From Octopus bimaculoides (lineage: Eukaryota): a stretch of DNA of 48,638 nt. A program made the translations under genes and the position numbers. The notes beneath the pieces were generated by a model that was given only the letters and a program-made list of their open reading frames with translations, ran no database searches and was not told where the DNA came from. The stretch is taken from NCBI RefSeq assembly GCF_001194135.2, contig NC_068999.1, forward strand, positions 30,654,451-30,703,088. The letters run 5' to 3'. This document shows, one piece after another, positions 10,540-23,075 of this stretch (positions are counted from its first letter, which is position 1; each line of letters starts with the position of its first letter).

Positions 10540-12594
10540 CAAAGAATGCCATGACTGACTAAAAACAAAGAGTAAAACTCTTTCTCTTTCTACAGTAAAT
10601 AGGAATTACCATTATCTGCAGAAAAATCAAACTTTTGAGGTTCCATGTTGAGTTTCTCTTATTTATATAGCATTTTCTTTATATCCTAAAAACTATGTGT
10701 GAGTTATTTGATAGGAATTACACCAATGATGCAAGTAAAAAAGCACTAAAAGTCAAAGAATGTGTTAATTTAATCACTTTTTGCCTCTCCAGAAGTCAAA
10801 GTCTTACAAAAAAAAAAAAAAAAGAGAAAAACATTCTCTAATGAAGTGAACTAGGAATAGCTCCTTCTTCAATGTTATTTTATTAAATTTTCTGGAAGTT
10901 GGTAAGAAAAATAAATAAATTGTCAAGTATCTTTACTACAAAGTATTATCTCAAACAGGATTTTGTTAGGAGGAAGATATGTAATCATAACAGTTAATAT
11001 ATGGACAGCTTGAGATGGTATAGGCAGATTAAATAACTGCTGTTACTACTACTACTACTACTACCACCACAGCAATAGCAGCAACATCAACAAAGCTAAA
11101 ATTACAGAAAAAGAACAAAACAGTAAGAATTTTCAATCTACAACAAGTAAAGAATGAGAAGACATGCTACAGAAATTCCAACATAGGAATATATCTGTGT
11201 TGTAGAGGGAATGTTATAACATATCAACCAGGTCTCCACTTCCTCTTGCCTTCATCACTGGAAATTCTGACCATATTAGAATAGACAGCTAAAATGATGC
11301 ATGTACTTCCATCCAACAACTGTATGACAGGGTGTGTATAGTGTGGTAATATACTAAATTGTGTTTGTATAGAGGAATATTATAGGTGCACAGTAGTAAA
11401 ATTTTACATAACTATCCATCTGAAGCTATTCTTGTACCTATATTGAATATAAGACCATTGGATTCAATAAGAGTAAAGAATTTGTCAAAATGCAGCATAA
11501 AAGTCTTTGGATTGAACAATGGATTGTAGCTGATATCATCGAGTCTTTGGTTACTCATCACCTTAACAATACTCAGTCAATACTCTACCGCCATCCCATG
11601 CACTTTGGTATCTTCTAAGGCATCCTTTAAGGATCCAATATCTTAATTTTCTGTTTCCCATTAGCTGTTTTCTGCTAAGTGCTTATTGGTAAATAGAATA
11701 ATTTTCAATTTCTTCCTTGTTATTTTCATTTCACTTCTCATACAGTGAGAAATGGTATTCTTTACTTGTTATTGACCTGTTCCATCAATAAAATATCTTT
11801 TCCACATTTGTTATAAAAAATTCAACATTCAGGAACAGTAACAAGCTTCATTCTCATAAGCAAGTCATTAATTCAAGGCCTACATTGTATAGTAGACTCA
11901 ACCCATTGCATAGTTTAACATCACCATCTAGCTCCATGGATCCTTTTAGCAGAGTTCATTCTCTTACAATCAAAATGGCCAGATTTCTACTTTGTGGCTA
12001 TTTTCCTCTTTCCCTCCCACTACTACCTGGGTTATAGGCATTCTTTTCATCCTGACTGAAAGATTAAGAAAAAAGTCATAGACTGAAAGATTAAGGAAAA
12101 AGTCATGGCTTATATGGAGATTAACATAATTTAGAAACATTTCTAATGATGATGATGCTGATGACCCTGCTTCACAATTCTAAGACTCACCATCTCCATC
12201 AATCTCATTAATCTTAGTCTACCATTATCATTATCTACCATCTTTTAACCTCTTTTACTAAATTGTAACAGACATGTCTTTTGTGACTTTACTAGTTAAA
12301 TTAAATGTCTGGTTTGAACATTGTATCTACTTCTATGTTCTTTGTCAACTTATGTGCTAACTTCCTTCATCAAAACACATCAAAGATTGACATTTATTCT
12401 TTATTCCAAGTCCTGATTCCATGTGGAATTCATTACCATTCTAGATGTTTCTAAATTATGTTAATCTCCATATAAGCCAACTCAGACTTACAGAAATTCT
12501 ATGACTTTTTTCTTAATCTTTCAGTCAGGATGAAAAGAGTGCCTATAACCCAGGCAGTAGTGGGCGAGAAAGAGGAAAATAGCTACAAAGTGGA

Positions 12595-13560
12595 AGTCTG
12601 GCCATTTATCAACAGCAGATATGACACCATCATCATGGCAATACTGGTTCCCAGTCAAGTGTCTTTTCATTTTGGGAAACAGATGATAGTGAGGTGGGGC
12701 TAAATCAAGAGAATATGGATGGTGATCAACTGGTTCAAAGCCACAGTCACACACAGTGGCCATTGAAACCAAAGACATGTGTGCTGAAGCATTGTCCTGA
12801 TGAAACAAGACCCCTTTCATCAGTTTTCCTGAATGTTTGGTCTTGATAGCCTTTTGTAACTGCTTCAGCAAGTTAGCATAATATTCTCTATTGATGGTGT
12901 GGCTCTTTTGAAGATAGTCAATAAACACAATGCATTTTGCATCTCAAAAAACTGAGGCTGTCACATTCCCTGTAGATGACATGACCTTGGTTTTCTTTGG
13001 AGCAGGTGAGGATGGGCTTTCCATTACATGGATTATCTCTTTGTCTCTGGCTCAAAGTGATGAAGCCAACACTCATCCTGGATTACGAAATGTTCAAGGA
13101 AACCAGCTCAATCTGCTTCACTGTCAGAATTTTCCATGATGTGGATGATCAACTTGGTGCACTTTTTATCAGGTGTCAGAAGATGTGGCAGCCACCGAGC
13201 AGAAACCTCCATCATGCTAAGTTCATTGCACAGAACATTCTCAACTCTTTCATGGGATATGTTAATAGCATTGAAAATTTGATTTATAGTCAATCACTTG
13301 TCATTCATCACCAAGTGGTGATCACAATCAATGTTACCTTGGTGATGGCAGCTGCAGGAAGATGTCTGAACCTTATGTTATCTTCAAAACTCTCTATTTC
13401 TCTCCTAAGTTTAGCTCCCCACTTTTGCACTATTGATAAAATTGGAGCATTATCTAATGTAGCAACCATGTCAACATGAATGTCCTTGGAGGCTAAACCC
13501 TTTTTCTCCAGGTATTTGATAACACTACCATGCCAGATTTTGCATTTTCAAGAGAAGTCA
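12595..13560 (-). mobile_element. Decayed mariner transposase, truncated at its 3' end
   Basis: VIKYLEKKGLASKDIHVDM, EVSARWLPHLLTPDKK, VLFHQDNASAH, HPYSLDLAPPHYHLFPKMK, DDGVISAV on the minus strand, with frameshifts. Confidence 0.85.
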
Positions 13561-13570
13561 CTACTAGTTA

Positions 13571-14195
13571 CAGTACTGTGCAAAAGTCTTCGGCCACTAT
13601 TGTAAATTTCTACTAATTGCCAACTTATAAGTGGCTGTTTCACATTGCATTTTTTTACAGATGAAACATTGGCCCTATTGGAGTCATTTCCATACCTAAT
13701 CATTATATTTTGTAGTAGGGATTCTGAAGGAGAGAGGAAGATGTGAGATGACAACCAAAAATGGCTGTGCAAAAGTTTACGGCCACCTCACATAAACCAA
13801 TCAAGATACAGTATTTTAAAATAGAAAAATGTCTATCATGAAAATTTATTACATAATGTTCATTTCCAGAAGTTACTGTACATTGTTAATATTTTGTGTG
13901 ACTTTCCTTAGCTTGAATAATTGCTTCAATGCACCTGGGAAGAAATGCATACAATTTCCTCACCATCTTCAAAAGTATGAGATGCCATTCTCTGTGGCTG
14001 AGCTCCCACAGCTCTTCAAGATTGTGCGGATTCTTCTGATGAACTCTTCCTTTTAGTTTTGTCCACATTTCCTCGATGATATTTAAGTCAGGGCTCTGAA
14101 CTGGCGAATCTTACAATACAGTAACACCTTTTAATGTAACAACAGTTTTGTGCCAAATATAATAACCAATGCCACTTTTTCAATTTGGTTATATT
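13571..14195 (-). mobile_element. 3' half of a Tc1-type (DD34E) transposon with IR/DR-type terminal repeat
   Basis: TA (13569-13570) followed by cagtactgtgcaaaagtctt. Minus-strand QSPDLNIIEEMWTKLKGRVHQKNPHNLEELW...RCIEAIIQAKESHTKY*. Confidence 0.8.
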
Positions 14196-14231
14196 TTTTT
14201 CTTGCTGGCAATAGTATCCTTGACATGTGAG

Positions 14232-14520
14232 CTATGGCTTTTGGTTGCCATCTTCACATTTGTGTAGAAGTATAGCACTTACCCTGTACTCTCTTGCCAG
14301 TATTGTTTCCAATTTCAGATTGACGTGCGTAAGTGACAAGTCTGAAGTTAATATGCTTTTTAGTTCCTCAAATGCCTTCTGGCATTTTTCTGACCAAAAC
14401 CATTTGGTATCCCTTTTTAACAGCTCATTTAGTGGAGCCTTTGTGTTGTGTATGTTTGGGATATATACTTGATAGTAGTTTACCTCACCTAAAAATGATT
14501 GTAACAATTTGATGGGGGAG
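14232..14520 (-). mobile_element. Gypsy LTR retrotransposon pol fragment (RT connection/RNase H)
   Basis: LQSFLGEVNYYQVYIPN...APLNELLKRDTKWFWSEKCQKAFEELKSILTSDLSLTH...VSAILLHKCEDGNQKP. Confidence 0.8.
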
Positions 14521-14792
14521 GCATATTCCATATTGCCATCAAGTAATTGATGAAAGGGGACAATGCAGGTTGAACTCCACATGATAACCTATTCAGAAAT
14601 ATGATGGTTGTTGTCAAACTACATGGAGTGTAGGTATGTAGAACTCTTTATTGAGTCCAAATATTTCAGTAATGTGTGTTGCCTTCCACACTTTTAAATT
14701 AAATTACCCCCCCCCCAACCCCACACACACACATCATGTGAAAAAAGCAAATACCTCCATACACACATGTACATATATATATATATATAATA

Positions 14793-14930
14793 TCATCATC
14801 ATTTAATGTCCATTTTCCATGCTAGCATGGGTTGGATGGTTTGACAGAAGCTGACCAGGTGAAGGACTATTCAGGCTCCATGTCTGTTTTAGCATGGTTT
14901 CTACAGCTAGATGCCCTTCCTAATACCAAT
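14793..14930 (-). mobile_element. Short copy of retroposon family C (LINE-like 3' tail ending in (ATG)n; strand inferred from the tail)
   Basis: catcatttaatgtccattttccatgctagcatgggttggatgg...gatgcccttcctaat, shared with 26851, 30972, 32140 and 46144. Confidence 0.7.
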
Positions 14931-16476
14931 ATAAACACACACACACCACTTGCTCTTCTTCTCCCCCATCTTGTTGCTTGTACTGTCTCTATTAATTTTC
15001 CTTATCAACAAATATCTTTCTCTCTCTCATTCTTCCTTTATTCTCCCCTGCATCACCCTCTCACTCTTACTTATTTCTGTCTCACCTGCTAAGGAAGAGA
15101 CAGTTCTCTGTTAATGGTGATCAATCAAATGTAGGCAAGACTGCCATGATAAAATGTATCCAGGCTACTATGTAAAGCGGTTGGCAATAGGAAAACATGC
15201 CAAATATGGAACTTGTGAACAAGATGTAGTTCTAGCCCTTTTACCTGACTAGGAGGGCAGTACCTTTGAATAAGAACTGAGTCAGTCCATGGCAACATGG
15301 CTCACACATGTGATGATAATGACGATGGTATATGAATGTGTGCTTGTATACTTGTATGTGTGTGTGTGTGCATGTGTGTAACTAGCAAAGTATGTAAAGT
15401 GATAAAAGTTCTTTGAAGGTTTGTTGGTAATAAGTTTGTTAACTATAAAGAAAATGGAAGACTTCACAATAATTAATGTTGAAACAAGAAAATAATATCT
15501 GATTCAAGAGAAAATCTAGAAACAAACTATTTGGTTGAGTTTATTAAAGAATTAGACTGATTCTGAAAGATGGTTACAGAGGAATGGTATTGATAAATGT
15601 TTTAGAGAGACAGCAACAATCAACTACTTCGAGTGTGGCGAAAGGGAAATACTTACTTTGTTGTTATCAAGTTGTAACCATTAAATCAACACCAACTTGA
15701 TCTGTGTAAGCATGGAAACCAGTGTTGATATCAACCATAGCAATGATAATGGTGATTGTAGCAAGATATCGAGTATGATGATGATGATCTGTTGATGTCA
15801 GGAAATAACTGAGAGGAATGGCAAGATAAATATAACAAATCATTGATGGAGTAGATGCTTAAAAGCATTCACAAATCCAAGAGTTAGTTTGTGTAACTAT
15901 GGCACTTTCTGAATGGAATTCTTGCTAATACCTTAAGTCAAACGTTAATCTAAGAAAATATAAACAAAAGTATTCATTAAGAAAACACAGCAGGGAAATG
16001 AGAAATAAATCAATAATTGATAGACTTGCCAGATTTCTACAAAAGTTAAGTTTTCCTTGCTAATTAATCTAATTGTTGTGAATTAAACCAATTAGCAGGA
16101 GCGATAACACTAATATTTTATTGAAAATAGCAGAATGCCCACTCTTATCTTTACATTTAAAGCAAATTTTTTTCTATGGCCTTTCGTGACCCTGGATACT
16201 GAATTTCCAGATTTCTTTAACAAATATTCTCTTTGATCTTTTGTAATGGAGAGGGGATAAATGGCCACAGATATAGAACCACTGTTAATTATTTTTGTTA
16301 CCATAATGATGATGATGATGATGATGATGGCAATGCTGCCACCACCACTGACAATAGTAACCTCTTAATTACCCAAGAGAAGAATAAAATCAACTATTTG
16401 CTCTTTGACTCATAATTCTAGAAGGTTTCAGATATTAGTTTCAGTTTGCATCAGGAATATTGCTATATAATAAGTA

Positions 16477-17733
16477 TAGGCAGTTCAGGCTAAATTTGAC
16501 GATATTTTTGTCTTCTCTTTTCACGAAGAGCTTGGTCTATTGGTGAACAGTGAATGGCATTGGAGGACATAAACATTAAGATTGAAGTTGAGAAAAAGTT
16601 AGTTGACATGGAAGGCTGGAAGCCATTTGAACATTGGAAAAGAGTTACTTGTATCATGACAATTTACAAAAGATATCAAAATACCAACATCATGGTTGAT
16701 GTTCAATGCTCTGTGAACATTATAAAGACTGTAGGATGGGGCATGGATGCCTGCAATGGAGACTATAAAGCTGTAATCAGTAAGAAGGAGCACAGCAGGC
16801 ATTCTTATGCCAGGAATCATCCAACAACTCCAGGACAAAGTGAATGCTGAGCCAAGCAAAGGAATACAGGCGTTATTGAGAGAGATAGGTGTTGAAGTCA
16901 CCACCATGAATGTGACCCTGAATGAGAACCTTTACTACTACTCATATGAGAGGTGCAAGGGACAAATTCTGACAGCCAAGACCAAAGTGAGCCACTTGAC
17001 AAAGGCAAAGAAGCTCTTGAACATGCGAGGTATCCAGCTGAGCTGGTTTTTCTCAGATGAAAAGAACTTTTGTCAGGACCAGTTGTACAATGCCCAGAAT
17101 AACATGTGGCTTGCCTACAATCCATGTGATATCTCATGTATCATGAAGACCATGTTTCCCCAAACTGTGATGGTCTTTGGATATGTCTCTGGTGAGGTTG
17201 ACATCCTACCACTCCACATCTTTGAACAGGGCCTTAGGCTCAATTCAGACAGTTATGTGAAGCTGCTGGAGACTGTGGTCAAGTCCTGGATGGAGAGGGT
17301 TGTTGCTGGAAGACCATATGTGTAGCAGGATTTGGCTCTTAACCATACTACTGGAAAGAATCAGAAGTGGTTATCAGAGAATTTCTACAACTTCACCAGC
17401 CATGATTTCTGGCTTCTTAGTTTCCTTGTTGGTAATTCCATGAATTACATGTGGAGTGCGGCTGGAAAAGACACCAAGCGCTCTGCTTGCAACATCAAGG
17501 CTGAGCTAATGGCCAAGATCGAGGAGGTGTTTGAAGAACTTCCCAAGGACACAGTGAGGAACACATGCTCCAGGTTCTGGTGGAGGCCAAGGGTAGTTAC
17601 TTTGAGTAAACTGTTATCTCCCAGCCATAATCTACTTGATATCTTTTGATTCTTTAAAATACTTTTATTTTTGGATGGAATATTGTTTCCTTTTCCTTTT
17701 ATGCATACTGTCAGATTTTGCCTGAACACCCTG
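16477..17733 (+). mobile_element. Near full-length decayed maT/DD37D Tc1-mariner transposon
   Basis: TA-flanked TIRs taggcagttcaggctaaatttgac / gtcagattttgcctgaacaccctg. Motifs WFFSDEKNF, KTMFPQTVMVFG and RPYV*QD, followed by exactly 37 residues to the third catalytic position (NSMNY, decayed from D). Confidence 0.85.
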
Positions 17734-18039
17734 TATATAAGTATGTAGGAACATACATATGTATGTACACACACATTAAAGTTACAATGAGATGATGATG
17801 TATTTAAGGTGAGATGTGATCATATCCTCCATATGAGTATCTTTGATATACAACTCATTACAAGAAAATGTTAGTCTCAATGCAGTATTTAAATGATTGT
17901 TTCAGTAGCTTAAGCTGGAGGAGGGGCAGTAGCCTTGACCTCTTTTCCAGTCTCCATGGTTGTTGGGAGGAAAGGGGAATGTTATTCTCAGCTTAAAAAA
18001 ACTGACTCAAATGAAATCTGATAAAGACAGTCATGGATC

Positions 18040-18260
18040 ATGTAACTGTGTTAAACTCAGCAACAGCTGAAATCTATCAGCCAATAACAAGGTAGTCAGT
18101 TTGATTGGCTTCCTCATAGTTTCTCTCAACCAAATTTCACTGACAAGTATTAGTCAATTTGAGGCTATGGCAGAAAACATTTGCTGAAAGTTTTCCATAG
18201 TGGAATTGAACTGGGGAATATATAGTTGTAAAGAGAAGCTCTTAACCGTATATCTATACC
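18040..18260 (-). mobile_element. Heavily decayed SINE, family B
   Basis: ccaaatttcactgacaagtattagtcaatttgaggctatggcagaaaacatttgc...tggaattgaac resembles the copies at 34926 and 36728. Confidence 0.4.
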
Positions 18261-19119
18261 TATACCACTCTATTAACACAGTTCATGTGTTTTACACATA
18301 CACACACACTCACACACATAATGTATTTACATAAATACATTATATTGTCACTAGTAGTGATTGAATCAACTAATAAAAAAAATCAGTATAGATAATAACT
18401 AATCAAGAAATCTAACTGCAAGAAATCTGCAGGAACTGGTAATGACAATTTTATAAAGGCATATTCTATCAGGTATGGTCTTACATTAATGCCTGCTTCA
18501 ATTAAAATCTTTACCTATAAAGAGAAAACTTAATGATTGTCAACATTATGTGACTATTGAAATGGTCTCTTTAATGAATACCAAACATGTCACAGAAAAA
18601 TATATTTCCAAACAAGTTTACTACTATGTTGGTAAATTTACTCATAAAGCCAAAGTCTCATGGGCATTGATATTGGAGGCAATCTTTGTAAAAATTCTTC
18701 AAAACTGTAAATGATAATGTAATTGATACAATAACAAGCACCATACAATGGATGTATACTATTTACTAATTAATTAGCCACAGAGTGTAAAAAATTATAA
18801 CAATAGCCAACACAATCTTTTTATAACTTATGATTATTTTTTCAGGTTGCTGAAGCCAAAACCCACATTGCTTTCCATCTATCACATCAATATTTTATCT
18901 ATGACACACTTATTTATTAATAATCACTGAGAAGAAGAATACCATTGGCCAATGAACATTTTGGTGACTTGCGTATATCTGAGATGCTGATTCTAGATAT
19001 ACCATAAGTTTTTCCACACCAGTTTTAGTTTTGAAGATATAGCATGCCCCTTTATATGCTGATATATCTGCACAAGCAACGAAATCAGAGACCTAGCTGC
19101 AACTGACATTTTGGTACTT

Positions 19120-19420
19120 TAAAAGTTAGACCAATTCTGGGGGTAAATTTGGGTTGCTGACTCCAAAAAGGGCATCGGCTTTCATAATTACTGAGCTGTT
19201 ACGTTGCTAAAAAAGTACTAATATATTAACATAATCTTAATAAAGGCCTGCTTTGATTACTTATGCAGTAATCCTTTAGGTGCCCAGATAAGAGAGCTTG
19301 TAAAAGATTTAGTGGACGATACTGAGTCATGCTCATGGCATCAGTTTCTTCTTGTCAAAAGCTTTTTGACAATTGTAAGACAACTATTCTGAATTAGTTG
19401 AGAACATTCTCTTCACTTTT
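19120..19420 (+). mobile_element. Second Chapaev-like transposase fragment
   Basis: GAQIRELVKD...SWHQF.LVKSF..NCK.NYSELVENI (frameshifted), which resembles the motif set of the 830-2800 remnant. Confidence 0.45.
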
Positions 19421-21160
19421 AATTAACTATTAAAGCTTTATTAAACTATTAATCATTTTGATCTCCTTTTAGAAAATTATAGATAATGAATTCATCTTAA
19501 TATAATAGTGATAAAAGGGAGAGATACCAAGTAATGTGGAATATACAGATGGTAGTAGATTACTGCTGGAATCTTTAGCAGAACTGTTTTAATAAATTTC
19601 ACTCTTGAAAGGTCTATAAAGGAAACTTCTCATATGTTGAATGGTAGATCCTTTTATATACATAATATTTAATTCTGAGTTACAATTACTGCAGATTATA
19701 ATGGAGTAGACTAATTGTTTTGTACTGAAAAATACTGGCTTAGTAATACATGGTTATTTTAATAGTATTTGTATTAAAATAGCCAATTATTATATTAATT
19801 AGAGTTTATAAGGTAAAAAGTGATGATATACTTGAGAAGAAGGTGTATTTCAAGACAGCAGTCATTTTTTTATTGCTCAATATAATCTGAGTGATTAAGA
19901 CCTTTTATAAACAACTCTCATACAGTGAAAATGTCAAAAGCTTATTAAAGATATTAAAAGATAGTTTAATAACCAGTCACAGACTAATTAGTAGACTGTC
20001 TTATGACACCTTTAATATTTCTTTTCTTTCTGGATGTCTGTCTGTGCACAGAAAGTTTCATTTTCATTTCATAAACAACTTTCAGGTTCCATTTACTGAA
20101 TGTTGTTACATTTATTAGATATATCAGTAATTACTTGACAAGTAGGATGCTATTGCAAATACTTTTTTAAGCTTTCAGTTAGGAAGAAAGAAACTAATAA
20201 CATTTCATATAAATTTAACATTATGTCAATGATTTGATTAAAGGCCTTGAAAATCTGTAATTATAAACTTCAAAAAATGTTCTGTGAAACTATTATTCAG
20301 AAGTTTGTAAGATAACATGTTCATCAAAATACTATGACCAATAAAACACTACATTAGAGAAGGGATACTTAGTAAAAAGAATCACCGGAAAGTATCTGCT
20401 GTCTTTGGATAAAAGCACATTTGAATGGGGGAGAAAATGGCAATTTATATAGTTAAATGATGATAGAGAAAGATGTTTTCAGTGGAGGGTTGAGGATTTT
20501 CTTTGAAAATAGAATATTCAAATTTAAATGGTATGACTTCAAGGTTTAGGAAACCTGAAACTTAACTCAGAAATAACTGAAGGAAGAATTCGGTGGGAAA
20601 TTCAAACCACTAAAAATATAAGAAATAATCATTAAACAAAAAATATCACAAAATAGAATTATATAGAATTTTCTCTTGAAAAGTTTTAGATACTGACCCT
20701 ACTACTTTTGTGATTATATATGTCATAATTACCCTGTTTCATTAAAGATATTTACTTGTGTACACCATCTAAATCCACTTCAAACTTCTTGGTTAGAAAT
20801 GGAAATAACATTTCTTAGCAAAGGTTCTACCATTATATCAATGTCACAAGAGGAGAAGAGTTAGAAGCTAAAACATTTTCATTTAAACAGTACAAAAACT
20901 AACAACAGAGTAAAATATAGAATCAAAGAAATTGACCATGGCCTGTGATGTTGGCAACCACTAAATCTATAGGAAATTTCATAGTATACTGGGAGATGAA
21001 CTGGCATGTTAAATATTTAATAGATTCCATAAAACATTGGTGGTGGTATGCGACACTGGTACCATATAGTCAAAAGTGACTTCATAGAACAGCTTAATAA
21101 GTTTAATTATTGTGGAGTGAAGTGAGGAATCTAATGTTTCATTTCCTACCCTTTGACTGG

Positions 21161-21592
<432 letters not shown>

Positions 21593-23075
21593 ATTGGTGC
21601 TATCCCCTTGGTTGTAATAAAATAATAGTAAAATATTTAAAATCGTTATGCATTCACTGGAATTCTGAAACAGAATTCTTCCAGTTGCTTTCTGTATTCT
21701 TTAGGTTACAACCTAATGACTAATTAATAGGTATTAAGATGTCTAAAATGTTGGTAACAGCTAATTTAACATTTCATTTTGTGAGTGGTGAATACCATAA
21801 AGATACTGTAGAAATGTCAGGAACTATATTTCAGGTTAATTGTCTCAAGTATTTGGTTGCCCAATTCTTTGATAAACCATAAATTTAGTGAACCTTAACA
21901 GATTTAAAGAGAAGAATTACACCATTCTCCTCATTTTTCTTCCTTTTTTCTTTATTCCTTCAAAAGTTTTAGTTGATTCTGTCTGGTAACTTCTTTCAAC
22001 TGGGACCTATTCACTAACAAAACTTGGCTAAGTTTTGTCGGTGACAATTATCCTCCATGCTGCAATTGTCACCAATACATTCAACAGTGAGAAAGAAACA
22101 ATAATTGTAATCTATGCTGTTTAAAAGGTATTTGTATAAAATTTCATTAAAAGCTATCCATTTTCCTGAAAGTTATGAGGGGAAAAAGTTAAATGTCATG
22201 AATTTTACAAAACTCCTCTTTGCACCCTCTCAGAAAAATTCTTTCCCATTAATCCCTATATACTCTGCATCCACAGCATCTAAGTGGTATTTGTTGAAAA
22301 TTTCATTAAAAAGTATACATCTTTCTGGAAGTTATGAGACAACAAAGTTGGGTGAGGGTACACATCTGTAGTTATGCAGCTATATCTATCTGTCTATCTA
22401 TATCTAGCTAGCAAGCTGTGTTAAGGTTATGAGTTTATAACCCAAGTGAAACAGGGTTCTTCTGCTTGTTGTCTATAGGTGTAATTAATTGACATTTTGA
22501 ATAAAAATGAAGGCAGCTATAATCAGTATATTATTGGATAAAGAAGTTCATTCCACTTTTATTGTTCTGTCATTATGTGCATACACACATACACACACAT
22601 ACATACATGCAAAATATATGAAAAATATATGTGATTGATTGAAACATTGAAATTAAAATAATTCATTGACCAAATTTCCTTTTTGTTTCTATATTCATAG
22701 TCAACAAAGGTACAAATTATTTTTTTGTGCATACTTTTGCATTTAAATGGAAAATACAGGAATAAATGCAGTTGAGGACTAAAATTCATTACTGAAATCA
22801 GGGGCAGCTTCAAATATTCAAAATTTATATATCTGGCATTTTTTTGAGACCAGGTGTTCTTTTATTTCAATGCATTAATCTTCTTGGCACTTTTTTGTGC
22901 CAACCTTTAATTCTGTATTGGGAAGTTCTGCCCCAAAATAGTTTCACTATAATATTTAGTTATTTATGTTTGTATGTATAAATATGTAGATATTTCTATA
23001 ATAAATGAGTTCACTTTGATATTGATTCTTCATATTTAGATTAACTGGTATTGGTTAGTGGACGTGATAACAAGT

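Noticed and set aside
11200-12050. Possible ancient LINE remnant; likewise 38700-38990
   Set aside because: Only vague motif resemblance; not supportable without alignment.
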